From positions 15,136 to 79,135 of the forward strand of contig JANWXY010000057.1 of the NCBI GenBank assembly GCA_025057135.1: a stretch of DNA of 64,000 nucleotides, written 5' to 3'. The translations under genes were made by a program, and so were the position numbers. Below the pieces are notes generated by a model. That model was not told the DNA's origin. It saw only the letters and a list, made by a program, of their open reading frames with translations, and searched no databases. Source of the stretch: Bacteroidia bacterium (GTDB taxonomy: Bacteria; Bacteroidota; Bacteroidia; SpSt-205). Of this stretch, positions 8,458-17,591 are shown in pieces; position 1 is the first letter of the stretch, and each line of letters opens with the position of its first letter.

Positions 8458-10863
8458 GTGTCCTATCTTCGTTCCATGGCAGGCACGGATGTGCTTTCTC
8501 GTCGTAGGATGCTCCTCAGCCTTGGGGTTGGAATAGCGGGGCTGTATATCCTGACTGCTGTGCTTGCGTATTTTGCGAGTTATACCGAGGACCTGCCTGC
8601 CCTAGAAGGCGCACCCACAGCTGTACCCTTGCAAAATCCCACTGGCTGGCTTGGAGCCAAAATCGCCCATCGTCTCGTTTATAGGGGATTCGGATGGGTA
8701 GGTATCCTGTTCCCCATCGGGCTTCTGTATATAGCTTTCAAGTGGTCTCAGCGGCGACCAGTTCCTCTAAGGGCTCTGGGCTGGGGAGCTGCTGTGATTT
8801 ATTTAGCTGCTACCTTTGGCGGCTGGCTGGTGCAAGCGGGATGGGTAGAGGACCTCATCTGGTGCGGAAGTGTCGGAGCTGCTTTTGCTGCATGGCTCAG
8901 CTTATACATAGGTAGCGTAGGACTTTTTATCACCTGGCTTGCGTTGCTGGGTGCAGCTGGGGTCGCTTTTATCTACCCCTACATCCGCCTGAGAAACCGA
9001 GAAGCGCAGCCCCCACCTATAAACTATCAGACAGCTTCCTCCAGCCCCGAAGCCGAAGAACAAGCGCCCAACCCCTCTTCCCTATGGTATGAAGTCGTAC
9101 ACAACCCGATACAACCACCAACACCTCCTTTCAGAAAAAAGGATAGCCCTTCGGAGACTGACAGTCAGGTCGCTATTTTGACACCTCCAGCAGAAGAGGA
9201 GCCTCTCAATCCTACGGAGAGTGAGCTGGATTTAGAGATTATCCATACCGATACACCTACTCCCTCCGAGCAGGTGCATTCCTCTGAGTATGATGCAGCA
9301 GAAAACCCCGTGAGAGATACCAATACCGAACTCAGGGCGACAGGACTTCCACGCACAGAGGAGCCCAGAGAAAGAAAACCCGCTATTACAGCGGCTTCGC
9401 CGCAGCATACATTCCCTCCTCTCTACCTTCTCAGTCAAACTGAACGCAGCATCACCCCGCCCATCTCCCCCGAAGAGTTAGAAGCCCATAAAGAGCAAAT
9501 CGTCCGCACGCTGAGGCAATACGGGATAGAACTGACCCGTATTACAGCGACGGTCGGACCGACCGTCACACTTTTTGAAGTGGTGCCAGCCCCAGGCATT
9601 CGTATCAGTCGGATTAAGAGCTTGGAGGATGATATTGCCCTGAGCTTAGCCGCTTTGGGGATACGGATTATTGCTCCTATGCCCGGAAAAGGCACCATAG
9701 GAATAGAAGTTCCTAATGCTCGTCCCAGAACCGTGCCTCTTTCAGAACTTTTGGAAGCCCCTGAGTACCAAAAAACCTCCGCCCAGCTGCCCTTAGCTAT
9801 CGGAAAAACTATCACAGGTGAAGCCTTTGTACGGGACCTCGCACAGATGCCCCACCTCCTTATCGCTGGCGCCACTGGCCAGGGCAAATCTGTCGCTCTC
9901 AACTGCATGATCCTCTCCCTGCTCTATAAGCGCTCACCAGACGAGGTACGGCTTGTCTTGATTGATCCGAAAAAAGTAGAGATGAGCCTTTATCAAGGCT
10001 TGGAGGAGCATTACTTAGCTCGGATACCTGGACTACCCGAAAGAATCATCACCGAGGTAAAACATGCCCTCCCTGCCCTCCAAAGTCTCGTGCAAGAAAT
10101 GGAAATGCGATATGAGCTCCTAAAAGAACTCCGTGTCCGCAACATTACAGAGTATAATCGCCGCTGCAGAGAAGGGCAGGTCCCCGAAGGTCATCACCCA
10201 CTACCGTACATCGTATTGATTATTGATGAGCTGGCAGACCTGATGATGACTGCTGGCAAAGAAGTAGAAACCCCCATCTGCCGATTAGCGCAGCTGGCTC
10301 GTGCTGTGGGCATTCATCTGATAGTGGCTACTCAACGCCCCTCTGTGAACGTCATCACAGGTCTCATCAAAGCTAACTTTCCAGTACGCATCTCTTTCCG
10401 AGTAGTGTCTCGGGTGGACTCCAGAGTCATATTAGATGATGATGGAGCAGAGAGGCTAATCGGACGGGGAGATATGCTTTTCGCTATGGGTACAGAAATG
10501 ATTCGGTTGCAGAGCGGCTTCGTTAGCACGAGCGAAATTGAAAGTGTCGTAGAATACATCCAACGACAACCCATCCCCGTCCCTTATGAGCTACCCGAAC
10601 CGCCAGCCCAGGAAGCCAGTGAAGAGGAGTCCCCCGAAGACATCGGAGAACGAGACCCCCTCTTCTATGAAGCCGCTCTTCTCATAGTACGCAATCAATA
10701 CGGCTCCACTTCCCTACTCCAACGGAAGCTGGGAGTCGGCTTTAATCGGGCTGGACGACTCATGGACCAGTTAGAGCGAGCAGGCATAGTAGGACCCGCA
10801 CGGGGAAGCAAACCCCGAGAAGTCCTCATCCAAGACGAAAGCCAATTAGAGGTATTTCGCTGA
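8458..10863 (+). CDS. ftsK: DNA translocase FtsK
   Basis: 801 aa. N-terminal TM helices, a Pro/Glu-rich linker, an ATPase domain with Walker A 'GATGQGKSV' and Walker B 'IVLIIDELADL', and a C-terminal gamma (winged-helix) domain 'YEAALLIVRNQYGSTSLLQRKLGVGFNRAGRLMDQLERAGIV'. Confidence 0.92.
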   Translation: MSYLRSMAGTDVLSRRRMLLSLGVGIAGLYILTAVLAYFASYTEDLPALEGAPTAVPLQNPTGWLGAKIAHRLVYRGFGWVGILFPIGLLYIAFKWSQRRPVPLRALGWGAAVIYLAATFGGWLVQAGWVEDLIWCGSVGAAFAAWLSLYIGSVGLFITWLALLGAAGVAFIYPYIRLRNREAQPPPINYQTASSSPEAEEQAPNPSSLWYEVVHNPIQPPTPPFRKKDSPSETDSQVAILTPPAEEEPLNPTESELDLEIIHTDTPTPSEQVHSSEYDAAENPVRDTNTELRATGLPRTEEPRERKPAITAASPQHTFPPLYLLSQTERSITPPISPEELEAHKEQIVRTLRQYGIELTRITATVGPTVTLFEVVPAPGIRISRIKSLEDDIALSLAALGIRIIAPMPGKGTIGIEVPNARPRTVPLSELLEAPEYQKTSAQLPLAIGKTITGEAFVRDLAQMPHLLIAGATGQGKSVALNCMILSLLYKRSPDEVRLVLIDPKKVEMSLYQGLEEHYLARIPGLPERIITEVKHALPALQSLVQEMEMRYELLKELRVRNITEYNRRCREGQVPEGHHPLPYIVLIIDELADLMMTAGKEVETPICRLAQLARAVGIHLIVATQRPSVNVITGLIKANFPVRISFRVVSRVDSRVILDDDGAERLIGRGDMLFAMGTEMIRLQSGFVSTSEIESVVEYIQRQPIPVPYELPEPPAQEASEEESPEDIGERDPLFYEAALLIVRNQYGSTSLLQRKLGVGFNRAGRLMDQLERAGIVGPARGSKPREVLIQDESQLEVFR

Positions 10864-10876
10864 AAGTCTGTATCTT

Positions 10877-11890
10877 TTGCCTATGTGGTTCGTCACAGGA
10901 GCGACAGGATTTGTAGGATACAGCTTTTTAAAGGAGTGGGAACGGCGCGAGTATCCTGTACCTCTGCGCCTCTTGGTCCGCAATCCGAAACATCCTGTCC
11001 TCAAGCCCTACCTCGGGAAAGTTGAGCTCGTCCATGGCACCCTCACTGACACAGAGGTATTGATAGAATACTGTCGCGGCGCAAATGCAATCATACATGC
11101 TGCAGCGACCATCAGTTTTTCACCCCGCAGCCGAACATGGATGCACAAAACGAATGTAGAAGGGACCAGAAACTTAGTCAATGCTGCGATTGAGGCAGGA
11201 GTCCAAAGATTTGTCTATCTCAGCTCCATAGCTGCACTGGGGCGCCCTGCCTCACCCGACGGGCTAATCACCGAAGACACACTTTGGCAAGACTCCCCTT
11301 ACAATACTTTCTACGGCTACACAAAGTACCTCGGCGAAAAAGAAGTGTGGCGAGGAGGTGAGGAAGGCTTATCTGTCATAGTCTTCAATCCCGGCATCAT
11401 CTTAGGACCTTACATAGACTGGCGTAAAGGCTCTCCGGCTTTCTTTCGCATGGTGTCGCAAGGACTTTTAGCCTATCCCGTAGGAACTAACGGTTTCGTC
11501 GGCGTGCAAGATGTCGTTCAGGCGATATTTCTGAGCTTAGATAAGCATCCGCATGGATGGGGAGAACGATATATACTCGTAGCAGAAAACTGGAAATACC
11601 AAAAAATTTTCGCAGAAATAGCCCATGCTGTAAAAAAAGCTCCACCCCGCTTTCCAATACCTAAGGAGTTGGCGGTGGGGGTAGGCTGGATGATGGAAAA
11701 AGTAGGACGATGGTTCGGGCTACCCGCTGCGGTGACCAGAGAAACAGCCCGTACCTCTAGCTCGGACTTTTTATACGATGGGAGCAAAATCACCCGCACT
11801 TATCCAGAGTTTCAATATACTCCGATTAAAAGCGTCATTCAGGAGACAGCCAAAATGTTTTTACAACATGCGCGTACAGCTCAACGGTGA
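10877..11890 (+). CDS. NAD-dependent epimerase/dehydratase family protein
   Basis: 337 aa. N-terminal Rossmann motif 'VTGATGFVGYSF' and catalytic 'YGYTK' (Y-x-x-x-K), indicating an extended SDR fold. Confidence 0.75.
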   Translation: MPMWFVTGATGFVGYSFLKEWERREYPVPLRLLVRNPKHPVLKPYLGKVELVHGTLTDTEVLIEYCRGANAIIHAAATISFSPRSRTWMHKTNVEGTRNLVNAAIEAGVQRFVYLSSIAALGRPASPDGLITEDTLWQDSPYNTFYGYTKYLGEKEVWRGGEEGLSVIVFNPGIILGPYIDWRKGSPAFFRMVSQGLLAYPVGTNGFVGVQDVVQAIFLSLDKHPHGWGERYILVAENWKYQKIFAEIAHAVKKAPPRFPIPKELAVGVGWMMEKVGRWFGLPAAVTRETARTSSSDFLYDGSKITRTYPEFQYTPIKSVIQETAKMFLQHARTAQR

Positions 11891-12074
11891 GTCCATCGTA
11901 CTATCGCAGGGCATAAACATTGAGACGCTCCTTCGGCAACTGAACATAGACCCTCAACAAGTCGGCATCGCCGTGGCTGTGAACCGTCGCGTCATCCCAC
12001 GCCCTCAATGGAAGCATACCATCTTGTCCGATGGCGACCAGATAGAGCTGGTGTATGCCCGACAAGGCGGTTGA
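11868..12074 (+). CDS. thiS: sulfur carrier protein ThiS
   Basis: 68 aa from internal Met 'MRVQLNGESIVL...DGDQIELVYARQGG'. It has a ThiS/MoaD fold signature and a C-terminal Gly-Gly. The longer ORF in the track (11778) overlaps the epimerase and is probably over-extended. Confidence 0.7.
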   Translation: MRVQLNGESIVLSQGINIETLLRQLNIDPQQVGIAVAVNRRVIPRPQWKHTILSDGDQIELVYARQGG

Positions 12075-13173
12075 AATAGGGATTATTGGTGCGGGGGCTG
12101 CCGGCTTGGGCATAGCTTGGCAGCTGGCTCTGCGAGGGCATCCTCCCGTAGTTTTTGAAGCTAACCAACCCGGAAGCGGTGCCATGACCGCCTCCGGAGG
12201 CATGCTCTCTCCTGCCTATGAAGCTGAGTATGAGGAGCTCCCGCTCCTGCATGCCATGATGCAAAGTCGGGAAATGTACCGCCACTGGGCTGCACAACTC
12301 GGCGATATTGGGTACGCCGAGTCAGGCACCTACGAACTCGCTATTTTGCCAGAGGATGTTCCGTATGTGCAACGGCGTGTAGCGTTTGAGCAAGCTCAGG
12401 GGCTAAAAGTAGAATGGCTGGAGGGTCAAAATCTGAGAAAGCGACTGCCAATGCTCTCGCCGCGGATACAGGGAGGCAGCTACGCCCCAGACGAAGGCCA
12501 CGTCATCCCAGAGCTTCTGCGTGATCGCCTTGTGGAGGCGATTCATCACGCAGGCGGAACCATCCTGACCCAGACACCAGTATCTCTCATAGAACCCCTC
12601 GGAACAGGCTTCCGTCTGCACACGCCCAGAGGTACTTATACGGCTCAAAGGCTTCTGGTCTGCACAGGTGTGCCTTTGGGAGGCTTAGAGCTTCCCTTCA
12701 AGGTTTATCCTATTCGGGGACAAATGCTCGCCATTGAAAATCCCAGCCCTGAATGGCTGCCTGCCCCAGTTCGGTACTTCAACAAACTGGCTGGCTATGG
12801 ATACGCTGTACCTAAACGGGGCTACATTATATTAGGCGGCACCGTGGAAGAGAAGGGGATAGATTTTTCTCTCACGTTTGGCGGTGTGCTGGATATCCTG
12901 CGTCGGGCTTATCATGTATTCCCGGACTTGTACGAGCGCCGAATCCTCCGCTTCTGGGCTGGCTTGCGTCCTGCCACCGCCTCACGCCTGCCCCTCCTGT
13001 ATCAATCCCCTGACGCCTCCTTATATTTCGTAAATGGTCTTTACAGAAATGGCATATTACTCCTACCCCTAATCGGAGAGGGCGTCGCTGAGTGGATCAG
13101 CAGGGGCACCCTCCCACAGGTATTACAGCCATTTTGGGTCCGAGAACTGCCCCAGGTTAGAGATACGGTCTGA
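12055..13173 (+). CDS. thiO: FAD-dependent glycine oxidase (ThiO-like)
   Basis: 372 aa. N-terminal FAD dinucleotide-binding motif 'IGIIGAGAAGLGIAWQLALRG' of the DAO family. It lies immediately after thiS and overlaps it by 20 nt. Confidence 0.65.
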   Translation: MPDKAVEIGIIGAGAAGLGIAWQLALRGHPPVVFEANQPGSGAMTASGGMLSPAYEAEYEELPLLHAMMQSREMYRHWAAQLGDIGYAESGTYELAILPEDVPYVQRRVAFEQAQGLKVEWLEGQNLRKRLPMLSPRIQGGSYAPDEGHVIPELLRDRLVEAIHHAGGTILTQTPVSLIEPLGTGFRLHTPRGTYTAQRLLVCTGVPLGGLELPFKVYPIRGQMLAIENPSPEWLPAPVRYFNKLAGYGYAVPKRGYIILGGTVEEKGIDFSLTFGGVLDILRRAYHVFPDLYERRILRFWAGLRPATASRLPLLYQSPDASLYFVNGLYRNGILLLPLIGEGVAEWISRGTLPQVLQPFWVRELPQVRDTV

Positions 13174-13193
13174 CTTGTGGATTATACCGCTGA

Positions 13194-13868
13194 GTGGTCT
13201 ATTTGTGCAGTCAAATCCAAACTTTTATTTACAATCCAGTCCGAAAGCTGGATGGTGCGTATATTTGTCTCACCATGCATCGGGTCATCTTGGGGTTTGC
13301 TATCGGTTGGCTAAGTTTTTTGTGGAAAACCCATGTATCTCCCCTTCCAGAGTACGAGTCTTCCTCCCAAACTTCAAACTTAGCGGAAGTATGGGTAGTG
13401 CGAGTACTCTTTGAGGGGAAGGATAAGGGCGAAGTAGAGCTGCATTTCATTTATCCCTCGGAGAAAAAAGTCATCCGAGCCTTTGTTTCTCAAGGACAAG
13501 CTCAAATATCCATGTCTCTGAGCGAATCTCTGAAAGAAGTAGTAGCGTATGGAGTGGGACATTTACCTGTCAGGCTGATGAAAATTTCGCATACGAAACG
13601 AGAGTTAGATTTCACTGACCCCAAAAATCTACATCCAAATAGTGGGTATATTCTCCGTCAGGGGCGCGCTTATTTAGCTGCGGGCGAGTTAGGACAGCTA
13701 CCTGAGCAGCCAAATCCAATCATAAATGCATATGATGTAGAAATGTTTCTCATCGCCCAAAAGCAGCAAGACCTGCGAGCCGACTTCAACGATGATGGTC
13801 GCGTGGATGAAGGAGACTTTCACCTTTTGGTCAAAAATCAAAATCGCCTCTTACAGACCGAACTATGA
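13194..13868 (+). CDS. exported hypothetical protein with C-terminal dockerin-like Ca-binding repeat
   Basis: 224 aa. A probable real start is at Met 13275 ('MHRVILGFAIGWLSFLW', a signal/TM segment). The C-terminus 'DFNDDGRVDEGDFHLLVKNQ' matches the dockerin/EF-hand-like DxNxDGxVDxxD repeat. A 4-nt ATGA overlap couples it to the next gene. Confidence 0.45.
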   Translation: MVYLCSQIQTFIYNPVRKLDGAYICLTMHRVILGFAIGWLSFLWKTHVSPLPEYESSSQTSNLAEVWVVRVLFEGKDKGEVELHFIYPSEKKVIRAFVSQGQAQISMSLSESLKEVVAYGVGHLPVRLMKISHTKRELDFTDPKNLHPNSGYILRQGRAYLAAGELGQLPEQPNPIINAYDVEMFLIAQKQQDLRADFNDDGRVDEGDFHLLVKNQNRLLQTEL

Positions 13869-14854
13869 AAAGGCTCTTTTGTATATCCTTCCTGGGGCTT
13901 TCATGGGCACAAGATAGCATTCGTGCTGTGAGCCGCATGGTAGGAGATTTTGTAGAAGTAGCTTTTTACTGGCGCGGAGCCCCTGCGCATGTACCTATCG
14001 GCGCCAACTTCGTCTTAGTGGGCAGGCCAGCGGCCGCACTCGCATGGCGCGAAGCGAATCTATATACCACCGGACAGTGGAGCGCGCCACACTCTACCGT
14101 CTATCGTCCCCTTTACCTCACAGCTCGGGAGGAAAGCAGCCATGCGTTTCGTATAAGTATGAACTTACTCACACAAAACCCACCTACTGGCATTCCCCTC
14201 TCGGATACCTGGTCCCTGATAGGTACTTGGCGAGCTCCTGTGATGCGTTTCAATGATACTTTGCATTTAGCTTGGAGTATGGAGACGGGGGAAATTGTGC
14301 TCGCTCCTTTCGTACGAGCAAAGTCATACTTTACCTATGTCGCCCCACTGCCCCTTAGGCTGTGCCCTGACTTCCCTCGCCTCCACCTCATTAGACAAGA
14401 CGAGCAGCTTGGCATCGTAGGATTGGAACACTTTCGCTCAGAGAACTTATCTATTCGCTGGTATAGAGACGGCGTACTCGTTCATGAGGGCATATCATGC
14501 ATTCCACTCATCGCCGGCTCCTACCATGCCGAAGTGCAACATGTCTGCGGAAGTGTAACCAGAACCGATACAATCACATGGAGCTCCACCAGTGTAAGCG
14601 CGACCGTGCAGGGAGGTTGGAGAATTTATCCCAATCCCACCAACGGGTTGGTATGGATAGAGTCTCCTAAAACTTGCTGGGCAGAAATCCAACTCCGAGA
14701 TGGTGTAGGACGCACAATATACATGCATTCTGAAACCTTCAAGTCCAGCCAAGCTCAATCCATCAATCTCCCAAGCCTACCAACTGGGCTTTACTATTTG
14801 AATATTCGTACGGAACAGGAGACCATCTCTTTGCCTATATCCTATGCGCCATAG
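13865..14854 (+). CDS. secreted protein with T9SS type-A C-terminal sorting domain (Por_Secre_tail)
   Basis: 329 aa with signal peptide 'MKRLFCISFLGLSWAQ'. The C-terminal ~80 aa 'IYPNPTNGLVWIES...LPTGLYYLNIRTEQETISLPISYAP' is a typical CTD-A beta-sandwich. Confidence 0.7.
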   Translation: MKRLFCISFLGLSWAQDSIRAVSRMVGDFVEVAFYWRGAPAHVPIGANFVLVGRPAAALAWREANLYTTGQWSAPHSTVYRPLYLTAREESSHAFRISMNLLTQNPPTGIPLSDTWSLIGTWRAPVMRFNDTLHLAWSMETGEIVLAPFVRAKSYFTYVAPLPLRLCPDFPRLHLIRQDEQLGIVGLEHFRSENLSIRWYRDGVLVHEGISCIPLIAGSYHAEVQHVCGSVTRTDTITWSSTSVSATVQGGWRIYPNPTNGLVWIESPKTCWAEIQLRDGVGRTIYMHSETFKSSQAQSINLPSLPTGLYYLNIRTEQETISLPISYAP

Positions 14855-17591
14855 AGGATGGCTAATATATCTTCTAACTGGGCTATTGTCCGCCCAGTAT
14901 ACTTACAATGCCTTTTTCATCCAGATATACCAGCCCAGTGGCAATCTAACTACACCCGACTCTCTGGATATTTATATTTGCATAAGGCGCAGTGGCACTG
15001 GAAATAATGATACGTTGGCATCCTCTAACTTTCCGTTTTTTTACAATACCACGGCCCTAAACTTTAGCGGTGCTCGTATTTTATACCGAAATAAGTTTCA
15101 CGATAACAACTATTACGCTCCCCTGAGCTATTCAGTTTCTGGCGGACAGGTCAATGTAACCGTTCAGCGGAAAATAGGATACGCTCCGCCGGGAGATATC
15201 CTTGATACTTTGGATACTTTGATGGGGTTGCGAGTGCCGCTATACGCTTGTGGGCAGAACCTTACGAGCCCTCTCGTATGGAATAGTGCCCCTGCAGCCG
15301 TGCTCAATTCCCAGCTGCAAAGCCTCAAGCCCCGAATGACATGGCGCAATGATACGCTCTACTTATGTCCTAACTTTTCGATTACCTCTGCACCGAGTAT
15401 CTCTACTTCCGTATCCCCTATCTGTCCGAATAGATATATCTCCTTTACACTGGGCATGTCTGGCTTGTTTTTACCAGACAGCTTTATCGTAGTAGTGCAG
15501 CAGACGGCGCCCTCCACCTCTACACCGATTATTTATCCGAATATAGTCACCCAATCTGGGGGAGCATATCAATTTTCTCTCAGCTTCCCCTCAAGTGGCA
15601 CATACGCTGTGCAAGTAGTGGGGATATACAAAAAGTGCTTATGCAGCAGTCCAATCGCAAGTACGAGTGTAATCGTTTCGCCTGAGCCCGCTCAGCTCAA
15701 TATCTACGGCCGCGACACGATATACGCAGGCGGCACAGCAGCTTATACACTTTCTCAATCGCCTCAGACCGCTTCCTGGTCTATGACAAATAGCGGAGGC
15801 AGTACCACGCTTTCCTGCACAAATGCCCCCTCCTGCTCTATTACATTTCCCTCAACTCCTGCTCCTCCGAGGATTGATACGATTTTAGTGAGTTATACTC
15901 TTTCTGGAACGCCCTGTGCAAAAAAAGCTATCAAGTATGTAGTCGTCCTACCCTGCCCCACAAACGGTGGTACGATAACAACTACCGCCACCAACTTGTG
16001 TCCAGGACAGCGCGCTGAGCTCACTCTCGCCGGTGCGCCACCTGGTTATGATAGCCTGCGCTGGCAGATATATGATGGCTCTGCGTGGAACTTCATTACC
16101 ACTCAGGGCACTGGCATGACGCAACCTACCTACATTACTCCCCCTCTCACCGCAGGTAGCCATCAGTACAGGGCTATTTTATACTACGGTGGATGTAGAG
16201 CGATAAGTGCGGACATCACAATCAATGTATCGGGTAGCTTACTTGTTCGGGAGTTTTATGGCCTCCAAACGCCTGTCTGCGTCGGAGATACTATCCAGTT
16301 ATATGCAGAAGGTCCGGGCGTATGGTACACGCCAAACGGTCAGGGTGTTTTCTCCTCTCCTAATGACCCAAAAGGCGAATACATCCCCGCCCCGTCTGAC
16401 ACCGGACAAATCCAAATATGCTGGGTTATCCTCCCGCAGGATACGAATCAGTGCCGTGATACTCGTAAAGACACCTTATGTCTCTATGCAACAGTCACCC
16501 CTTCAGATGCCAGTGGGGACTTCTCAATACCGCCTGGTGAAGATACCATCTGCTTAGGCGGACGCGTGGCTCTATTTGGACAGATATTTTCTGGGGCGGG
16601 CGGATTCTGGGTAGCTGATAGTGCTTCGGGAGGATTTTATCCAGATATTTTCAGCCAGCAAGCTTACTACATACCTGGAGCAGGTGATGTAGGAAGGTGG
16701 ATTCGCATAGCATGGGTAGTAGGTGGGAATGCCTGTGGAGTAGCTGCTTACATAGACTCTGTATATGTAGACGCAGGCACACCGGTCAAAATACTCGCTC
16801 CGAATGCCGTATGTGACAATGTAGCTCTCAGTTTATCAGCCATCCCCCCCATGGATAGCTTATTATGGTTCCGCGGTAGCGTAGCTTCTGTCCTAGCAAA
16901 TGGTGGTTTCACAAGGAGTAATCCACGCTTTCTCACGAGTGGCCCTTCGTATGATGCAGGGGTTCTACCTGCTGGTACCGATACTTTCTGTGTGTATATG
17001 CGGCAAGGCGTATGTGAAAGCGTGGATGAGTTTCCTGTGCGTGTAGCCTCATCTCCTCGTGCAGCCTTCGACGCCTCTCCAAGAATCACTACCATGAACA
17101 ATCCACAAATCACCTTCACCTCTCAATCACAAGGGGCCAACTCCTACACTTGGGATTTTGGGGACCTCAATAGAATAACCGTAGATAGCACACAAACCGT
17201 CGTAGAACACGCTTATGCTGCGCCGGGCACCTATTCTGTGGTGCTTTATGTGCAAAATCGGCTGGGGTGTTCTGACTTCTATGTATGCACGGATTGTATT
17301 CAAATCCTTCCACGCAGGGTCTATCTACCAAATGCCTTTTCCCCCAACGGAGACGGAAAGAATGATTCCTTCCGCATACTACCTTTGGAAGAGAGGTTCC
17401 GCTTCACTAGACTGGAAGTTTTTGATAGATGGGGGCAAATAGTTTTCTCAGGGGATGATATTGCCGAATGGAAAGGTGAAGGCAGAGACGGACGCCCTTT
17501 GGATGCAGGAAGCTATTCGTACAGAGCAATAATCTTGATTCCTGATGAAGGCCTATTCACTTATACTGGGGTGGTGCATATTGTGCGGTAG
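14844..17591 (+). CDS. large cell-surface adhesin-like protein with PKD domain and T9SS type-B C-terminal domain (gliding-motility-associated CTD)
   Basis: 915 aa with signal peptide 'LIYLLTGLLSAQ'. It has Cys-rich Ig-like repeats and a PKD motif 'YTWDFGDLN...GTYSVVLYVQN'. The C-terminus 'YLPNAFSPNGDGKNDSF...FDRWGQIVF...W.G...G..L..G.Y.Y' matches the type-B CTD (TIGR04131). Confidence 0.75.
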   Translation: MRHRGWLIYLLTGLLSAQYTYNAFFIQIYQPSGNLTTPDSLDIYICIRRSGTGNNDTLASSNFPFFYNTTALNFSGARILYRNKFHDNNYYAPLSYSVSGGQVNVTVQRKIGYAPPGDILDTLDTLMGLRVPLYACGQNLTSPLVWNSAPAAVLNSQLQSLKPRMTWRNDTLYLCPNFSITSAPSISTSVSPICPNRYISFTLGMSGLFLPDSFIVVVQQTAPSTSTPIIYPNIVTQSGGAYQFSLSFPSSGTYAVQVVGIYKKCLCSSPIASTSVIVSPEPAQLNIYGRDTIYAGGTAAYTLSQSPQTASWSMTNSGGSTTLSCTNAPSCSITFPSTPAPPRIDTILVSYTLSGTPCAKKAIKYVVVLPCPTNGGTITTTATNLCPGQRAELTLAGAPPGYDSLRWQIYDGSAWNFITTQGTGMTQPTYITPPLTAGSHQYRAILYYGGCRAISADITINVSGSLLVREFYGLQTPVCVGDTIQLYAEGPGVWYTPNGQGVFSSPNDPKGEYIPAPSDTGQIQICWVILPQDTNQCRDTRKDTLCLYATVTPSDASGDFSIPPGEDTICLGGRVALFGQIFSGAGGFWVADSASGGFYPDIFSQQAYYIPGAGDVGRWIRIAWVVGGNACGVAAYIDSVYVDAGTPVKILAPNAVCDNVALSLSAIPPMDSLLWFRGSVASVLANGGFTRSNPRFLTSGPSYDAGVLPAGTDTFCVYMRQGVCESVDEFPVRVASSPRAAFDASPRITTMNNPQITFTSQSQGANSYTWDFGDLNRITVDSTQTVVEHAYAAPGTYSVVLYVQNRLGCSDFYVCTDCIQILPRRVYLPNAFSPNGDGKNDSFRILPLEERFRFTRLEVFDRWGQIVFSGDDIAEWKGEGRDGRPLDAGSYSYRAIILIPDEGLFTYTGVVHIVR

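Noticed and set aside
9435-9908. 157-aa antisense ORF inside ftsK (and smaller ones at 9165-9438, 10332-10574)
   Set aside because: They are embedded in the conserved FtsK ATPase coding region with no independent signals. Typical spurious antisense frames.
13175-13414. 79-aa + strand ORF and 13229-13562 minus-strand small ORFs around the start of the dockerin-like gene
   Set aside because: These are alternative frames overlapping the better-supported 13194/13275-13868 gene. No motifs.
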